DNA of 63,871 nucleotides, the filler included, from Octopus bimaculoides (lineage: Eukaryota): the NCBI RefSeq assembly GCF_001194135.2. It is 7 parts of 7 records of this genome, joined end to end, with 100 filler letters (N's around TTAATTAATTAA, not from the genome) between each part and the next. Parts side by side here need not be neighbours in the genome. Positions count along the whole stretch, not along the records: positions 1 to 24,817 come from NC_068994.1; 6 more parts are not named here. One strand, 5' to 3'. A program made the translations under genes and the position numbers. Positions 11,511-22,880 of this stretch are shown piece after piece (positions within the stretch are counted from its first letter, which is position 1; each line of letters begins with the position of its first letter). The notes under the pieces were generated by a model. That model saw only the letters and a list, made by a program, of their open reading frames with translations, was not told the origin of the DNA and did no database searches.

Positions 11511-12769
11511 ACCAACATTATTATCATAAGTGGTTGGTTTTCCGAATGCAATTACATGCTATCCTTATTAATTATACACCCCGCCTAGTAATTTGTGGAA
11601 TTGTTTTCTGAAATTACCTGTTATTATTACATACAAGGAATGTAGAACAGATAGAAATATTGGTTTGTCAGATTTCACTGCCTTAAAGTACTTCGTTTTG
11701 TTTCTGTTTTGACGTTCAAATCCCACTAGAGACGATTTTTGTCTTTTATCTTTTCCATGGCTATCCAAACGAGTGCACTCCATTCACCTTATACATAAAC
11801 AAGAAACAACAACGCACATACGTATTATTTACAGAAATGTTTAACACGACTTGTTGCTGTTGTTTATGCCAGAATCAATCCTAGCGTTGTAGACAGCGTC
11901 AAAAGCATTCCAGCTATGGCCATCCCGTCCTTTTATATATATCTAAAATCATTTGACGTGTACTTCTCGTTTTAAAGTACGGGAGGGAAATTTATCGGTG
12001 ATTTGGCTGTTACTTCTAGCAGGTAGAGCGACCGCATCGAGGCTCCGTTGAGGTACTGTAAAAGTACATGTGATACATATATTGCGAAATATAAAATGTC
12101 ACAAGTCTACAGTTCCCCTCATTTCCGTTACATGAATTGGTCGATACGTGAAATAGATTTAATCAATAGAAAAGAAAGATGACATAGAATATTAAAAAAT
12201 TAAACAGGAGATAAAAACAGACTAAAAAACGGTTGGCTGTAAAATTTGGCACCCAGTTTCTTCAAAGTTAACCAAACGAATCGAAATAAAAAAACTGTTC
12301 TCTTGGAAATAAATCAATAAATGTTTTAAATACCAATGACTTCTAACACGTACACCTTTTTTAAAATGATATTTTTTCATCCAATTTAAAAACATTCTCA
12401 GACGTTTCATTTGGTTAAGAATTATGTATAATTGATTGACATATATATAAGCATGCAGAAATGTAAAGCAATGTTTTAGCAACGCATTTTCTCCTGGATT
12501 AAGAACTGAATGTCGGCAGACTTGTTGAGGTTTATAATAAAACAGAAAAAAAAATAGTCTTTTGTTAATGATGTATCTTTTATATTAATACCAGTAATCA
12601 TTTATATCATATTGTATTTTGATTTTCTTTTTAAAAAAACTAAGATTCATTTTTCGTTTCGCTGATATTTAATAATACGGGTGCTAGGGTTTAACATTAA
12701 CCTACAATACTATATAAATAGTACAGCTGGTATTTAAAAAATAATAACAAAATAGAAGAGAAAAAAAAT

Positions 12770-13400
12770 GATTTACCGTCCACATTTTGTTGCTCGATTT
12801 CAATTTTCGGCAGAGTTACTTAAACAATGAATTGTTGAAATGTTATTTCAACAGTCGTGACATCAATTAACCGTTTGCATAGTGCAAAGCAGCTGTTATA
12901 CAGTACGTACATCCTCCCGGTGAAAACTTTGCGAGTGTTCCTTTTTATATGAAATCCAGTGGCAAAAGCTGGATTCAATAATAAGGAAATAAATTACATA
13001 GATTTGTTGTAGGCTAAGTTCGGTCGACAATCGGGTTTCGATTCCCACTTATGTCGTTATACTTTACTTCGGTGCTCATGGGATAGACTTAATTTGCTGC
13101 TCGATTAAACAGCTTCGTATGGTCCAAAGGAACATGATGGAAACTGAAAGTATTGAGATCGATCTAATTGAGAGAGACAATTGTTTCGTCACCTTCGGGC
13201 ATCCATTTCATGAAAAAGAAAAAAATCATTCAGGACCCAGAGTTACCTCCCGTGCACGGCGAAGCGTGCTCTTTCTGTCTCTCTCTATCGTGGGTTTTAT
13301 TTTATTTCTATTTTCAAGAAGCGGTTGACAGCAGTGTTAGACAAAATGCTTTGCAGTTTTGAGTAACGAGCGTCCACAAACTGAGATCGCATCCTATGGG
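12770..13400 (-). promoter_or_regulatory. Candidate promoter / non-coding first exon(s) of the 10-finger gene
   Basis: Locally CpG-richer unique sequence with minus-strand donor-like sites GAG|GTAACT (13247/13246) and ACG|GTAAAT (12777/12776). No transcript evidence. Confidence 0.3.
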
Positions 13401-13642
13401 GATCGGGTTTTGCTTTTTATTCCTGAATATTCGGCGGCGTTTAATTACGTTCCTAGTTCAAATCCCTCTTTTCGTTTCTCGAGTATCGACAATACTACAG
13501 TCAGTCTCTACTCTTCTTCAAAACGTGTCTGCTTATGTCATTGTTAAAAAAGCAGACACAGTTTCCCTTTAAAGAGGAATATTAAAAAAATCTTACTTCT
13601 GTTGTTAATGTATTTCAGTGTACGAGAAGAAGAAAAAATATA

Positions 13643-13865
13643 GGCACTACTAAAGCAGCACGGACCCGAACGCGCTAGCTAGTCTTGAGTGGTCGATCCT
13701 AACCCTATCCCTAACCCTAACCTTAACCCTATCCCTAACCCGCGTGTGCAAATGAATACGTGTTTAGGGTTAGGGTTAGGGTTAGGATCAGGAATAGGGT
13801 TAGGGTTGGGATCGACCACTCACGACTAGCTAGCGCGTTCGGGTCCGCGCTGCTTTAGTAGTACC
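13643..13865. mobile_element. MITE with 57-bp TIRs, internal (CCCTAA)n...(TTAGGG)n arms and 8-bp TSD (Merlin- or MULE-like)
   Basis: TIR ggcactactaaagcagcacggacccgaacgcgctagctagtcttgagtggtcgatcc matches the right end with 3 mismatches; AAAATATA at 13635-13642 and 13866-13873; GG..CC termini. Confidence 0.88.
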
Positions 13866-13984
13866 AAAATATATATTAAAATATACGAGACTCAATTCCG
13901 TAGGGAATCCTTCGTAGCTATTAGGAAATAAATACGCGAAGGGAAATGCTTTTATTTTATCATACCATTAAGAACATATTTAGA

Positions 13985-14135
13985 TGCAGTGTCCACTCGG
14001 CTGGCATATATGAGTTGTATCTGTATTTCAAAGGGCCAACCTTATCACATTCTGTGTCACGCTGAATTCCCCGAGAACTACTTTTAGGGCAAGCGTGTCC
14101 GTGGAGTGCTCAACCATTTACACGTTAATTTCGAC
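13985..14135 (+). mobile_element. Family-C SINE 3' half
   Basis: Reverse complement of about 5430-5570. Confidence 0.65.
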
Positions 14136-14635
14136 ATCATACGATAGATAATAAATTTTTAAGTGAAGTAAACAGTTTCGGTGTGTTTTTGAATGGCTAA
14201 CATGTGTCTTCCATACTACAACCGTAAAATATATTCCATCGTTTGATCAAATATTAACACTAAATATTTACAGAAAATATTTTAATAAGGAAGGAACAAG
14301 CCAATNNNNNNNNNNNNNNNNNNNNNNNNNNNNNNNNNNNNNNNNNNNNNNNNNNNNNNNNNNNNNNNNNNNNNNNNNNNNNNNNNNNNNNNNNNNNNNN
14401 NNNNNNNNNNNNNNNNNNNNNNNNNNNNNNNNNNNNNNNNNNNNNNNNNNNNNNNNNNNNNNNNNNNNNNNNNNNNNNNNNNNNNNNNNNNNNNNNNNNN
14501 NNNNNNNNNNNNNNNNNNNNNNNNNNNNNNNNNNNNNNNNNNNNNNNNNNNNNNNNNNNNNNNNNNNNNNNNNNNNNNNNNNNNNNNNNNNNNNNNNNNN
14601 NNNNNNNNNNNNNNNNNNNNNNNNNNNNNNNNNNN

Positions 14636-14668
<33 letters not shown>

Positions 14669-14904
14669 GTATGTCTATATAGATGATATAGTCAATAGGA
14701 GAAAAGAAGTTCATAAATATCATTTTATTTCTTTTGTTGTTTTCATGTGTTTGCTATGATATCACGACCTTATGGTGTTTTCTCACGTCTTTGTAATCAA
14801 GAGGATATCACATGATATCACAGTGACATATAATATATTACATTATATTATATTATATTTCTGTAAGATGTCACTTCTTTCAGCTTGCGATCAATCATTT
14901 TTAT

Positions 14905-15490
14905 CAATGGTTTCTATGGAAACAAAACTATCACATGATCACAGTCATAAACATAAGATGCTTCTCTTGGAGGAGGCTGAGAGGGAATAGACAAAAAAAA
15001 TACATTTGTCATGTACATGAACCAGTCATACACATCAGTGTCATCAACATAAGATTGCTTCTATGGGAACATTCTCATAAATACTGGATGGTTTCTCTGG
15101 AAATGAAACCATTACATGGTCACAGTCAAATATGTATGGTGGCTTCTTTGAGAACAAAATTGTCATGTGAACACATTCATAAAAATAAGGTAGTTTCTAT
15201 ATGAACAAAACAGCCAAGTGACGAGTAATAAAATTTTGATGGTTTCTACATGAATATAACTATGTGGTTTATCATAAACATTAAATGGGCTTCTATGGAA
15301 ACAAAGCTGTCATAAGACAAGTCATAAATGCAAGATGGTTTCTATGAGTGGTGGTGGTGGTGGGGGGAAAAACTGTCATATGATTGTTTCTATGAGAATA
15401 GGACTGTGACAAGTTCAGTCATAAATACAAGATGGTATCTTAGAAAATAGGAATGTCAATGTGACAAAATGGCTTCAATGAGAATATGAT
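14905..15490 (+). repeat. Degenerate minisatellite, unit about 50 bp (ATGGTTTCTATGGAAACAAAACTGTCA..CACAGTCATAAACATAAG)
   Basis: gtttctat/gcttctat motif recurs roughly a dozen times at about 50-bp spacing. Confidence 0.7.
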
Positions 15491-15509
15491 TGTTAAATGA
15501 CCATCTTTT

Positions 15510-15925
15510 GTCTTTTTTCTTTCAACTTGTTTCAGTCATTTGATTTTGCCCATGCTGGGGCACCACCTTGAAAGGTTTTAGTTGAATGAATTGACCCCAG
15601 GACATTTTTTAAAAAAATTTTTTAAGACTCGTACTTATTCCATCAATCTCTTTTTTTGCAAAACTGCTGTCATGGGGACATGAACAAACCAACACCAGTC
15701 GTCAAGTAGTGGTGGGGAACAAACACAAAACAAAAACAAACACACACACACACATATAATGTATATATGCCAGACATCTTTGATCTTCCATACCAAATCC
15801 ATTGACAAGGCTTTGGTCAGCCTGGGGTGAAAGCAGAAGACACTCGCCCAAGGTGCCATTCAGTGGGACTGAACCCGGAACCATGTGGTTGGGAAGCAAA
15901 CTTCTTATCACACAGCTACACACAG
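15510..15925 (-). mobile_element. Composite SINE family A (tRNA head + CORE-like + microsatellite + 3' domain)
   Basis: Minus-strand match to gctgtgtg.taagaag.ttgctt..caaccacatggttccgggttcagtcccactg...ccttgggc.agtgtctt and ccagcatgg...gactgaaacaagt tail. Confidence 0.75.
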
Positions 15926-17394
15926 TCTCTATGGAAACTGTTGTCACCTGACTAGTCATAAAAGTAACAGATGGAAAAATAGACATGAAAAAATTGTTGT
16001 TTTCCCCATGTTTTCTAAATGTTACAGACATGTTTACAAGTGCCAAACTGTAGTACCATTTTTAAAATATTTTCATTTGTTTTTCTTTTTAGCAGGGAAG
16101 AGGGGTACATCTGTTTGTGCCATGGAGATAAAATATACTTCAACCCAACATTTTCATTAGTTCTTTATGAGTTCTCTTTAACTTCACCTCAGTGTTTCTG
16201 GTCAAGTCTCATCATTCCTTTTTGGTTTGTTGCGTTCTCTCAATCTTTGATATGACACAAATATTTCAAGATATCAAAAAAAAAAAATCAATATGCATTA
16301 ATACTGATAGGAGAGTAGTTTATCATTGTTTAGTTCCCAGATCAGCCCGATCAAGTAGACTTATGATGATACACATTCCAGCTGTGACCATCATGTCAAA
16401 TTTTTTTTTTTTTGTTTTGATTATTTTGGTGTGGCCTTCATCTAAGATGGCAAGGTATAATTTGAGGGATATTTGGCTGTTATTCATAGGAGGTCAAACG
16501 GTCCTGCAGACATTTTCTTTTTAACCCTTTTGATACCAACCCACTTGAGACTACCCCTCTTGGTTCTATGATATAAACATCTTGTTTTAAAGTTAAAACC
16601 TTTCATTAAAATTTCTAGTTAATTTATGTTCCATACACCAGCTTAATAATGGCAAAAGTTATTTCATTAAATTCTCCATCATTTTCAAAATTAATTGAAA
16701 CAAAGGCAGGATAATTTAACAAAAGTTTGGTAACATAAGGGTTGAAGCAATGCTGTCCAGTCACAGACCATTAGTAAACAGAGTGAATCCTAGTGTAGAT
16801 GCTTTGTCAATCACTAAATGAAAGGACAAATCCTTTAGATTTCTGATGATCGAACCTACCAGAACAGTGATTGTTGTAACTGATGGAGTACCAGTTTAAA
16901 AACATGCAGTTTCCATTTACCAAATTTCACTCACAAGGTATCAGTTGGCCAAAGGCTACAGAAGAGGACACTTGCCCAAAGTGCCAAGCAATGGGCTGGA
17001 ATCCAAAATGATGCGGTTGTGAAGTGCACATCATAACCACTGAATCATGGCCATATCTAACATAACAATAATTATTAATTATTGCATTATTTTAGACAGC
17101 TGAGGTCAACCTTGCCTTTCATCCTTTCGGGGTTGAACACTGGGGTCGATGTAATTGACTTATTCCCTTGCTTGAAATTGCTGGCCTTGTGCCAAAATTT
17201 GAAATCATAATTTTCGTCAACTCAGTTTTCATAAGCACAGTAATGTCACTTGTGCATTGGTTGCAAAATATGTGCATGCATGTGCAGTTCACAGAGAACA
17301 GTGTCTTGTAGTGGTGTTAAATTGGATGAAGAATTACACAGAACATGCAAGAACAAGTATAGCTCATTAGGTGGGCTTCTACACAGTTTTTACA

Positions 17395-17635
17395 GTGGAA
17401 GTGCATGGCTTTGTGGTTAGAGTGTTGCAGGACTTGTGATTGTAAGATTGCGATTTCAATTCCTGGACTGGGCGATGCATTGTGTTCTTGAGCAGAGAAC
17501 ACATCATTTCACATTGCTCCAGTCCACTCAGCTGGCAAAAATGAGAAACCATGTGACGGACTGGCGTCCCATCCAGGTGAGGAATATATACATCACAGAA
17601 ACCAGGAAACTGGTGCTATGAGTCTATATGATTCA
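17395..17635 (+). mobile_element. Family-C tRNA-derived SINE
   Basis: gcatggctttgtggttagag...ttgtgttcttgagcag...ttgctccagtccactcagctggcaaaaatgag. Confidence 0.7.
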
Positions 17636-18732
17636 AGGAACTTTATCCTAATTTTTTAACCAAGGTGTAGCACACTTGGATCAAACCAAGGATCATGTGA
17701 TTGCAAAGAAAACTTTTCAACTATATTTAGGTCATGTTTACATGTGTGTGCAATTTCTGAATCACTCCATTGGATTAAAGAGCAGTCATGAAAATATATA
17801 GGTTTGATGTTGTGTATCTGCGACAAGGCAGACAGTTTGTCGAACTTCACACTTCACCAAGTTGTACAATATTTTGTAGCCACAGAAGGAACTAAACTCA
17901 GGACAGCTCAGCAATATTTACAAATTGCCTGCCAAAGTCCTACAGTGTTGCTGTTACATACAATGGTGAATTATTTCAAACGTATTAAAAGTTCAGTGGG
18001 TTGGACCACTTGAAAGAGTTAAATGTCTTGTCTACAGATACACACAGCAGTAATATTAACAAGATTCAAATAGCTGATCCCTTTCGGCTGGTTGGTTGGT
18101 TGGTTGTCCAATATTTCTATCAACGAGACTGTCAACATTCTCCAGATATATCTGCTGGGGGTGTGGTGTGGTGGGGGGCAAACAACAAAGTTCACTCTCT
18201 TTTTGATGAGGCAGAGGATATAAAAAGTTAATTTTTGTAACGACGGTTATAACGGAGTGAGCTGACACATCCCGCATCCCACTTCCGATTATTAGTGACA
18301 TTCAATTCATATCATCTTAGAGACCCTAAAAAGTTAAGTTGACTCTCACTTTGGCAGGATTTGAACACTGAACAATATAGTAACAAGAAAGATAGATACA
18401 GTCAAACAGTTAGTCAGTCCACTGCTAACACACCGACAAGCAGAAACTTCATTGGACAAGGTCTTCAAGATGATTTTTTTAATTATTATATATTCAGCAT
18501 GGTTGATTAAATTGAGCCTCTTGTATTATCTCCCCTGACAGTATATCACTTGTGGTTATTTATGTGAGGTACTAAACTAATTATAGTAAAGCCTCCAGTT
18601 TGAAGTAATGTAATTTGGCATAAGGTCTTTACTGTGTCCACATGTGTCAACAAAACAATAAATATACCCACAACAATAACAGCTTCATTGTGACAATGAT
18701 CCCAGTTCTTGGTTCCAGATGTAATTGAATGT

Positions 18733-20076
18733 TTAAGCAATGTGTGATTCCAAATGAATCTTTAGATGAAAGTAATCGAAGAAGTCTTCACCGCAGACCT
18801 GACAATGGAAAATATTTTCCAGTGTGTGTGTTTTGATGTGTTTTTTCAACAAGCTTTTCTCAGCATACTGCTTTTCACAAATGTCACATTGGAAAGGTTT
18901 CTCTCCCGTGTGTATCCGAATGTGTCGTTTCAGGTGATAATTGTCAGAAAACCCCTTCCCACACAACTCACACAGGTAGGGTTTTTCTCCGGTATGTGTT
19001 CGAATGTGTCTTTTCAAGTGGAAATTTTCAGAAAAGGTTTTCTCACATACTTTGCATTGCAAATTCTTCTCTCTCAGATGCATTCTCATGTGACCCTGTA
19101 AGTGGAAGTTTTGAACAAATTCTTTGTCACAAATCTGACAAGTGAATGGTTTCTCTCCACTGTGGATTCTCATATGCCCTTTCAGCTGGAAATTCTGAGC
19201 AAATTCTTTGCCACACATATCACAAACAAAAGGTTTTTCACCTGTGTGTCTCCTCATGTGTATTTCCAAATTATTTTTCTGCAGAAAATCTTTGCCACAG
19301 ACTTCACAGTGAAACTGCTTCACAGCTGTGTGTCTTCGGACATGTTTCCTTAGGAAACTCTTCGAAGCAAACCCTTTCCCGCAAATGTCACAGGTAAAGG
19401 GTTTATCACCAGTATGTGATTTGTTATGGACTTCTAAGCTGGATTTATGAGAAAAGTCTTTCCCACAGATATCACAATGAAACGGTTTCACGCCTGAATG
19501 CGTTCTACAATGCATTTCCAATAAAGATTTAATAGAAAAACTCTTTCCACAAACTCCACAAGGAAAAGGCTTCACACCTAAATGAGTTTTGATGTGTCTT
19601 GTTAAATGAGATTTATTATAAAATTTCTTATCACACTTTTCACAGCCAAAAGGTTTATCTCCCGTGTGTGTCCTGATGTGTGTAACTAGCTGAGGTTTCG
19701 TTGTAAAGTCTTTACTACAAATATCACAATGGTATGGTTTCAGCCCTAAATGTATAGCAATGTGTCTTTTCAGGTGGTAATTAGTTGCAAAATCCTTGGT
19801 ACACATCTTGCAACAAAATGGTTTTTCTCCATTGTGTCTCCTCACATGCATTTCATACTGAGCTTGTACAGTAAAATTCTTGCCACACTCATCGCAGTGA
19901 TGAATTTTCCTGGTAGTGTGAGTCTCAACATGTCTTTTAAGATGAGCATTCTTAGCATACTCCTTGCCACAAACCTCACATTGGTATGGTTTTGCCCCAG
20001 TATGCATTTTCATATGTACTCTCAAATAGATTTTCTGAGAGAATTCTTTGTGACATATTTCACATTTGGCCTGCAT
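18733..20076 (-). CDS. C2H2 zinc-finger protein, 447 aa, 16 tandem fingers, no effector domain
   Basis: Uninterrupted ORF of 16 x 28-aa C2H2 units from residue 3 to the C-terminus; in-frame TGA six codons upstream of the ATG within the same exon. Confidence 0.95.
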   Translation of the reverse strand: MQAKCEICHKEFSQKIYLRVHMKMHTGAKPYQCEVCGKEYAKNAHLKRHVETHTTRKIHHCDECGKNFTVQAQYEMHVRRHNGEKPFCCKMCTKDFATNYHLKRHIAIHLGLKPYHCDICSKDFTTKPQLVTHIRTHTGDKPFGCEKCDKKFYNKSHLTRHIKTHLGVKPFPCGVCGKSFSIKSLLEMHCRTHSGVKPFHCDICGKDFSHKSSLEVHNKSHTGDKPFTCDICGKGFASKSFLRKHVRRHTAVKQFHCEVCGKDFLQKNNLEIHMRRHTGEKPFVCDMCGKEFAQNFQLKGHMRIHSGEKPFTCQICDKEFVQNFHLQGHMRMHLREKNLQCKVCEKTFSENFHLKRHIRTHTGEKPYLCELCGKGFSDNYHLKRHIRIHTGEKPFQCDICEKQYAEKSLLKKHIKTHTLENIFHCQVCGEDFFDYFHLKIHLESHIA

Positions 20077-20096
20077 GATGACGGGTATTTTTCAAG

Positions 20097-20115
20097 CTGA
20101 AAGGTATATGTAAGT
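20097..20115 (-). other. Candidate splice acceptor of the 16-finger coding exon (exon starts 20096)
   Basis: Minus strand cttacatatacctttcag|cttgaaaaatacccgtcatcATG. Confidence 0.6.
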
Positions 20116-20118
20116 ATG

Positions 20119-20167
<49 letters not shown>

Positions 20168-20448
20168 TTTCCTCCCTCCAGTTTGATGAGAGGTCATATG
20201 CCCTCCGCCATTAGAGCCTGACGAGTTGTCTATAAAGCTAAGTGCTTCATGGATGCAAAACCATTGGTCACTCTATGACCAGACATATATTTAATTGCAT
20301 ATAAATACATTACAGCTCTATCTTTAGAGTGTGCTTCTTTTTCGCCAAATCAGATTGGAGCCTGGTGTAGCCATCTGGTTTCACCAGTCCTCAGTCAAAT
20401 CGTCCAACCCATACTAGCATGGAAAGCGGACGTTAAACGACGATGATG

Positions 20449-20488
<40 letters not shown>

Positions 20489-21213
20489 GGTTTAAAAGGA
20501 ACAAATTTTCAGGAATGAAACAATGATAAAAATATATAAATAAATGAATTTGTTGCTTTGAAGTTATTGTCACTGTGGAAAATAGCTATGCAATGTTCTG
20601 TTTCCTCTGTGTGCAAATGCAAATATGCAACCAGCATGCAAAGGAAACAAACACATATGCAAAAGCTACATTTGTTCAAAAGTGATGCATGGCTGGTTCA
20701 CAGGCACCATCCATCATCAAAACCCTAAAGTAACATACTTTATATACTGTATGCATACTTAAATCTCTTTTCTTTCTTTTTTGCATTTATGAAATAGATG
20801 CCAAAACCATCTTAATACTTTCAGGTTTAAATGCACTCAAGAATTTTGTGCAAACATATTTTTGTTGTTGCTGTTGCTGCTTCTGGGGGCAAAATCTGCA
20901 CATCATAATAATGTTTTGTGCAAAAACGATTAAAACTTAAGAGAAGTGAGTTTGGTCAAGTGGTGCTGCCATCACAGAACTGAAGATGATAACTGCCACA
21001 AATTCCATGGAAATGATGAGAAACTGCTATCACCACAGAATAACTGCAAGCATACCAATGCATTTACCTGGTAAAAATACACCAAAATGCGGAGACTGTT
21101 TGACACCATGGAGATGGTAATTCCTGAAAATAAATGACAAAATTATGGTGTCATATTTTGAAATTAAAAATATATACTCTTCAACTAAATATATGAAACA
21201 AATGATTAATATA

Positions 21214-21340
21214 CAGGGTGTCCACAAGGTCTGGGTACATGGAGTAAATAAAATCATAACATAAACAATTAAATATAAGAAATTATAATTTCTTATAGGA
21301 TGTGTTAATCCCCATGTACCCAGACTTTGTGGACACCCTG
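21214..21340. mobile_element. 127-bp Tc1/mariner-type MITE
   Basis: 29-bp TIR cagggtgtccacaaggtctgggtacatgg, TA on both sides (21212-13, 21341-42). Confidence 0.88.
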
Positions 21341-21629
21341 TATAATTAATGTATCTAATATACATATTATACAGGCAAATATATATATAAGACATTAAAA
21401 TAAGGATGGATAATTGTACATCCACAAAGATTGTTTATTACAGTCATATACACAATATATTCTATTTAAAACTCTGTCCAAGTAGTAAGGTATCTGCCCA
21501 GATTTCATATCCTTATCCATTCACACTATCTATGTTTGTCTGTCTGTCTGTGTGTCTGTCTGTATGTATGCATGCATGTATGTATGTATGTACGTACGCA
21601 TGTATGCATACATGGCCTGAAATTTTTGG

Positions 21630-21790
21630 GGAGGGGGAGCATTCAATTAGACTGACCCCAGTACGCAACTGGTACTTAATTTATTGACCCCAAAAGGATG
21701 TAAAGCAAAGTCGACCTCAGCAGGATTTGAAAAGACAGATGAAAAACCGCTACGCATTTTGCCTGGCATGCTAACGTTTTTGCAAGCTTG
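21630..21790 (-). mobile_element. Family-B SINE
   Basis: Reverse complement of the family-B motif (gaccccagtacgcaactggtacttaattt...gcaaagtcgacctcagcagg). Confidence 0.75.
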
Positions 21791-22310
21791 CCACCTTTTT
21801 AATTTCAAGGAATATTTGTTTCCATGGCTGTGAATACACACACACACATTATCTATATGCCATGTCTATATAGTCATCTTCTGATTATTTAACTATTCAA
21901 CACTCACAGTTTATATAATGGAGTCCTCTCAGTAAAGATGACAAAATGGATTTATTTGTCCTGTCAATATGGATTTGTTTGCCCTGTCAATAAACCGCCA
22001 GTATAATTATCGAGTGATTCCTTGCAGTATCTGTCTCGACACATCTTTTTAAGACGAGCATTCTCAGAGGTAGACTAGCACCAACCTGGCAAAATGACAT
22101 GCTTCTGTATAGACTTTGCTAAAGCATTTTGGGCCATAACGCCAGTTAGAGGGTACGACCCTACCTCCCTCTCACCCACCCTTTCTCCCACTTGTCTCAG
22201 AGGCCCTATAAAGGGTTTTGGGGCACTGCTTTCCTCATTCCTGACAAAGAAAGAAAAGGAAATTAAAAGAAACCTCAACATCTACACAGTGAACATGTAT
22301 TCACAGTCTA

Positions 22311-22880
22311 TGACTCTCCATTCAACATCAACACTGTTTGACTCTCCATTCAATACTGACACTTAACTCAACATCAACACTAAGTTTTCATTCAACATCA
22401 TCACTGACTCATCCATTCAACACCAAAAATTGTCTGCTTCTCCACTCAACACTGTCTGACTCTCTGTTCAACATCAAAATTGACTCTTCACTCAATATCA
22501 ACAATGATGCTCCATCTAACTCCAACACTGACTCTACATTCAACATCGACATTGTTTGACTCTCCACTCAACGTCAACACTGACTCTTGACTCAACATTA
22601 ACACTGTCTGACTCTCTACTCAGCCTCAATACTGTCTAACTCTCTGCTCAACCTCAATACAGTCTGACTCTCCACTGAACATCAACACTACCGGACTCTC
22701 CACACAGCACCAACAATGACTCTCCACTCAACATCAAGACTGTCTGATTACCCAACAGCTACCCACTAAATAAAACCATGTCAAAACAGACGACTGGGGC
22801 CTAGTGCAGCCCTCTGGTCTGCCAGACTCTTGATTCAACATTAACATTGCCTGACTCTCTGCTCAACATCAACACTCTGA
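22311..22880 (+). repeat. Degenerate minisatellite, unit about 24-28 bp (GACTCTCCACTCAACATCAACACT[GTCT])
   Basis: More than 15 adjacent variants without unique spacers. Confidence 0.8.

Noticed and set aside
13700-13810. Chromosome-fusion scar or true interstitial telomere
   Set aside because: Order is CCCTAA then TTAGGG (opposite to an end-to-end fusion), arrays are short, and they are enclosed by TIRs and a TSD.
18766-20100. Plus-strand ORFs overlapping the 16-finger gene (and 9097-9309 near the 10-finger gene)
   Set aside because: Antisense shadows of a repetitive coding sequence; no domain signature.
22311-22880. CRISPR-like array (also 14905-15490)
   Set aside because: Eukaryotic context, units adjacent and degenerate with no unique spacers, no cas genes.
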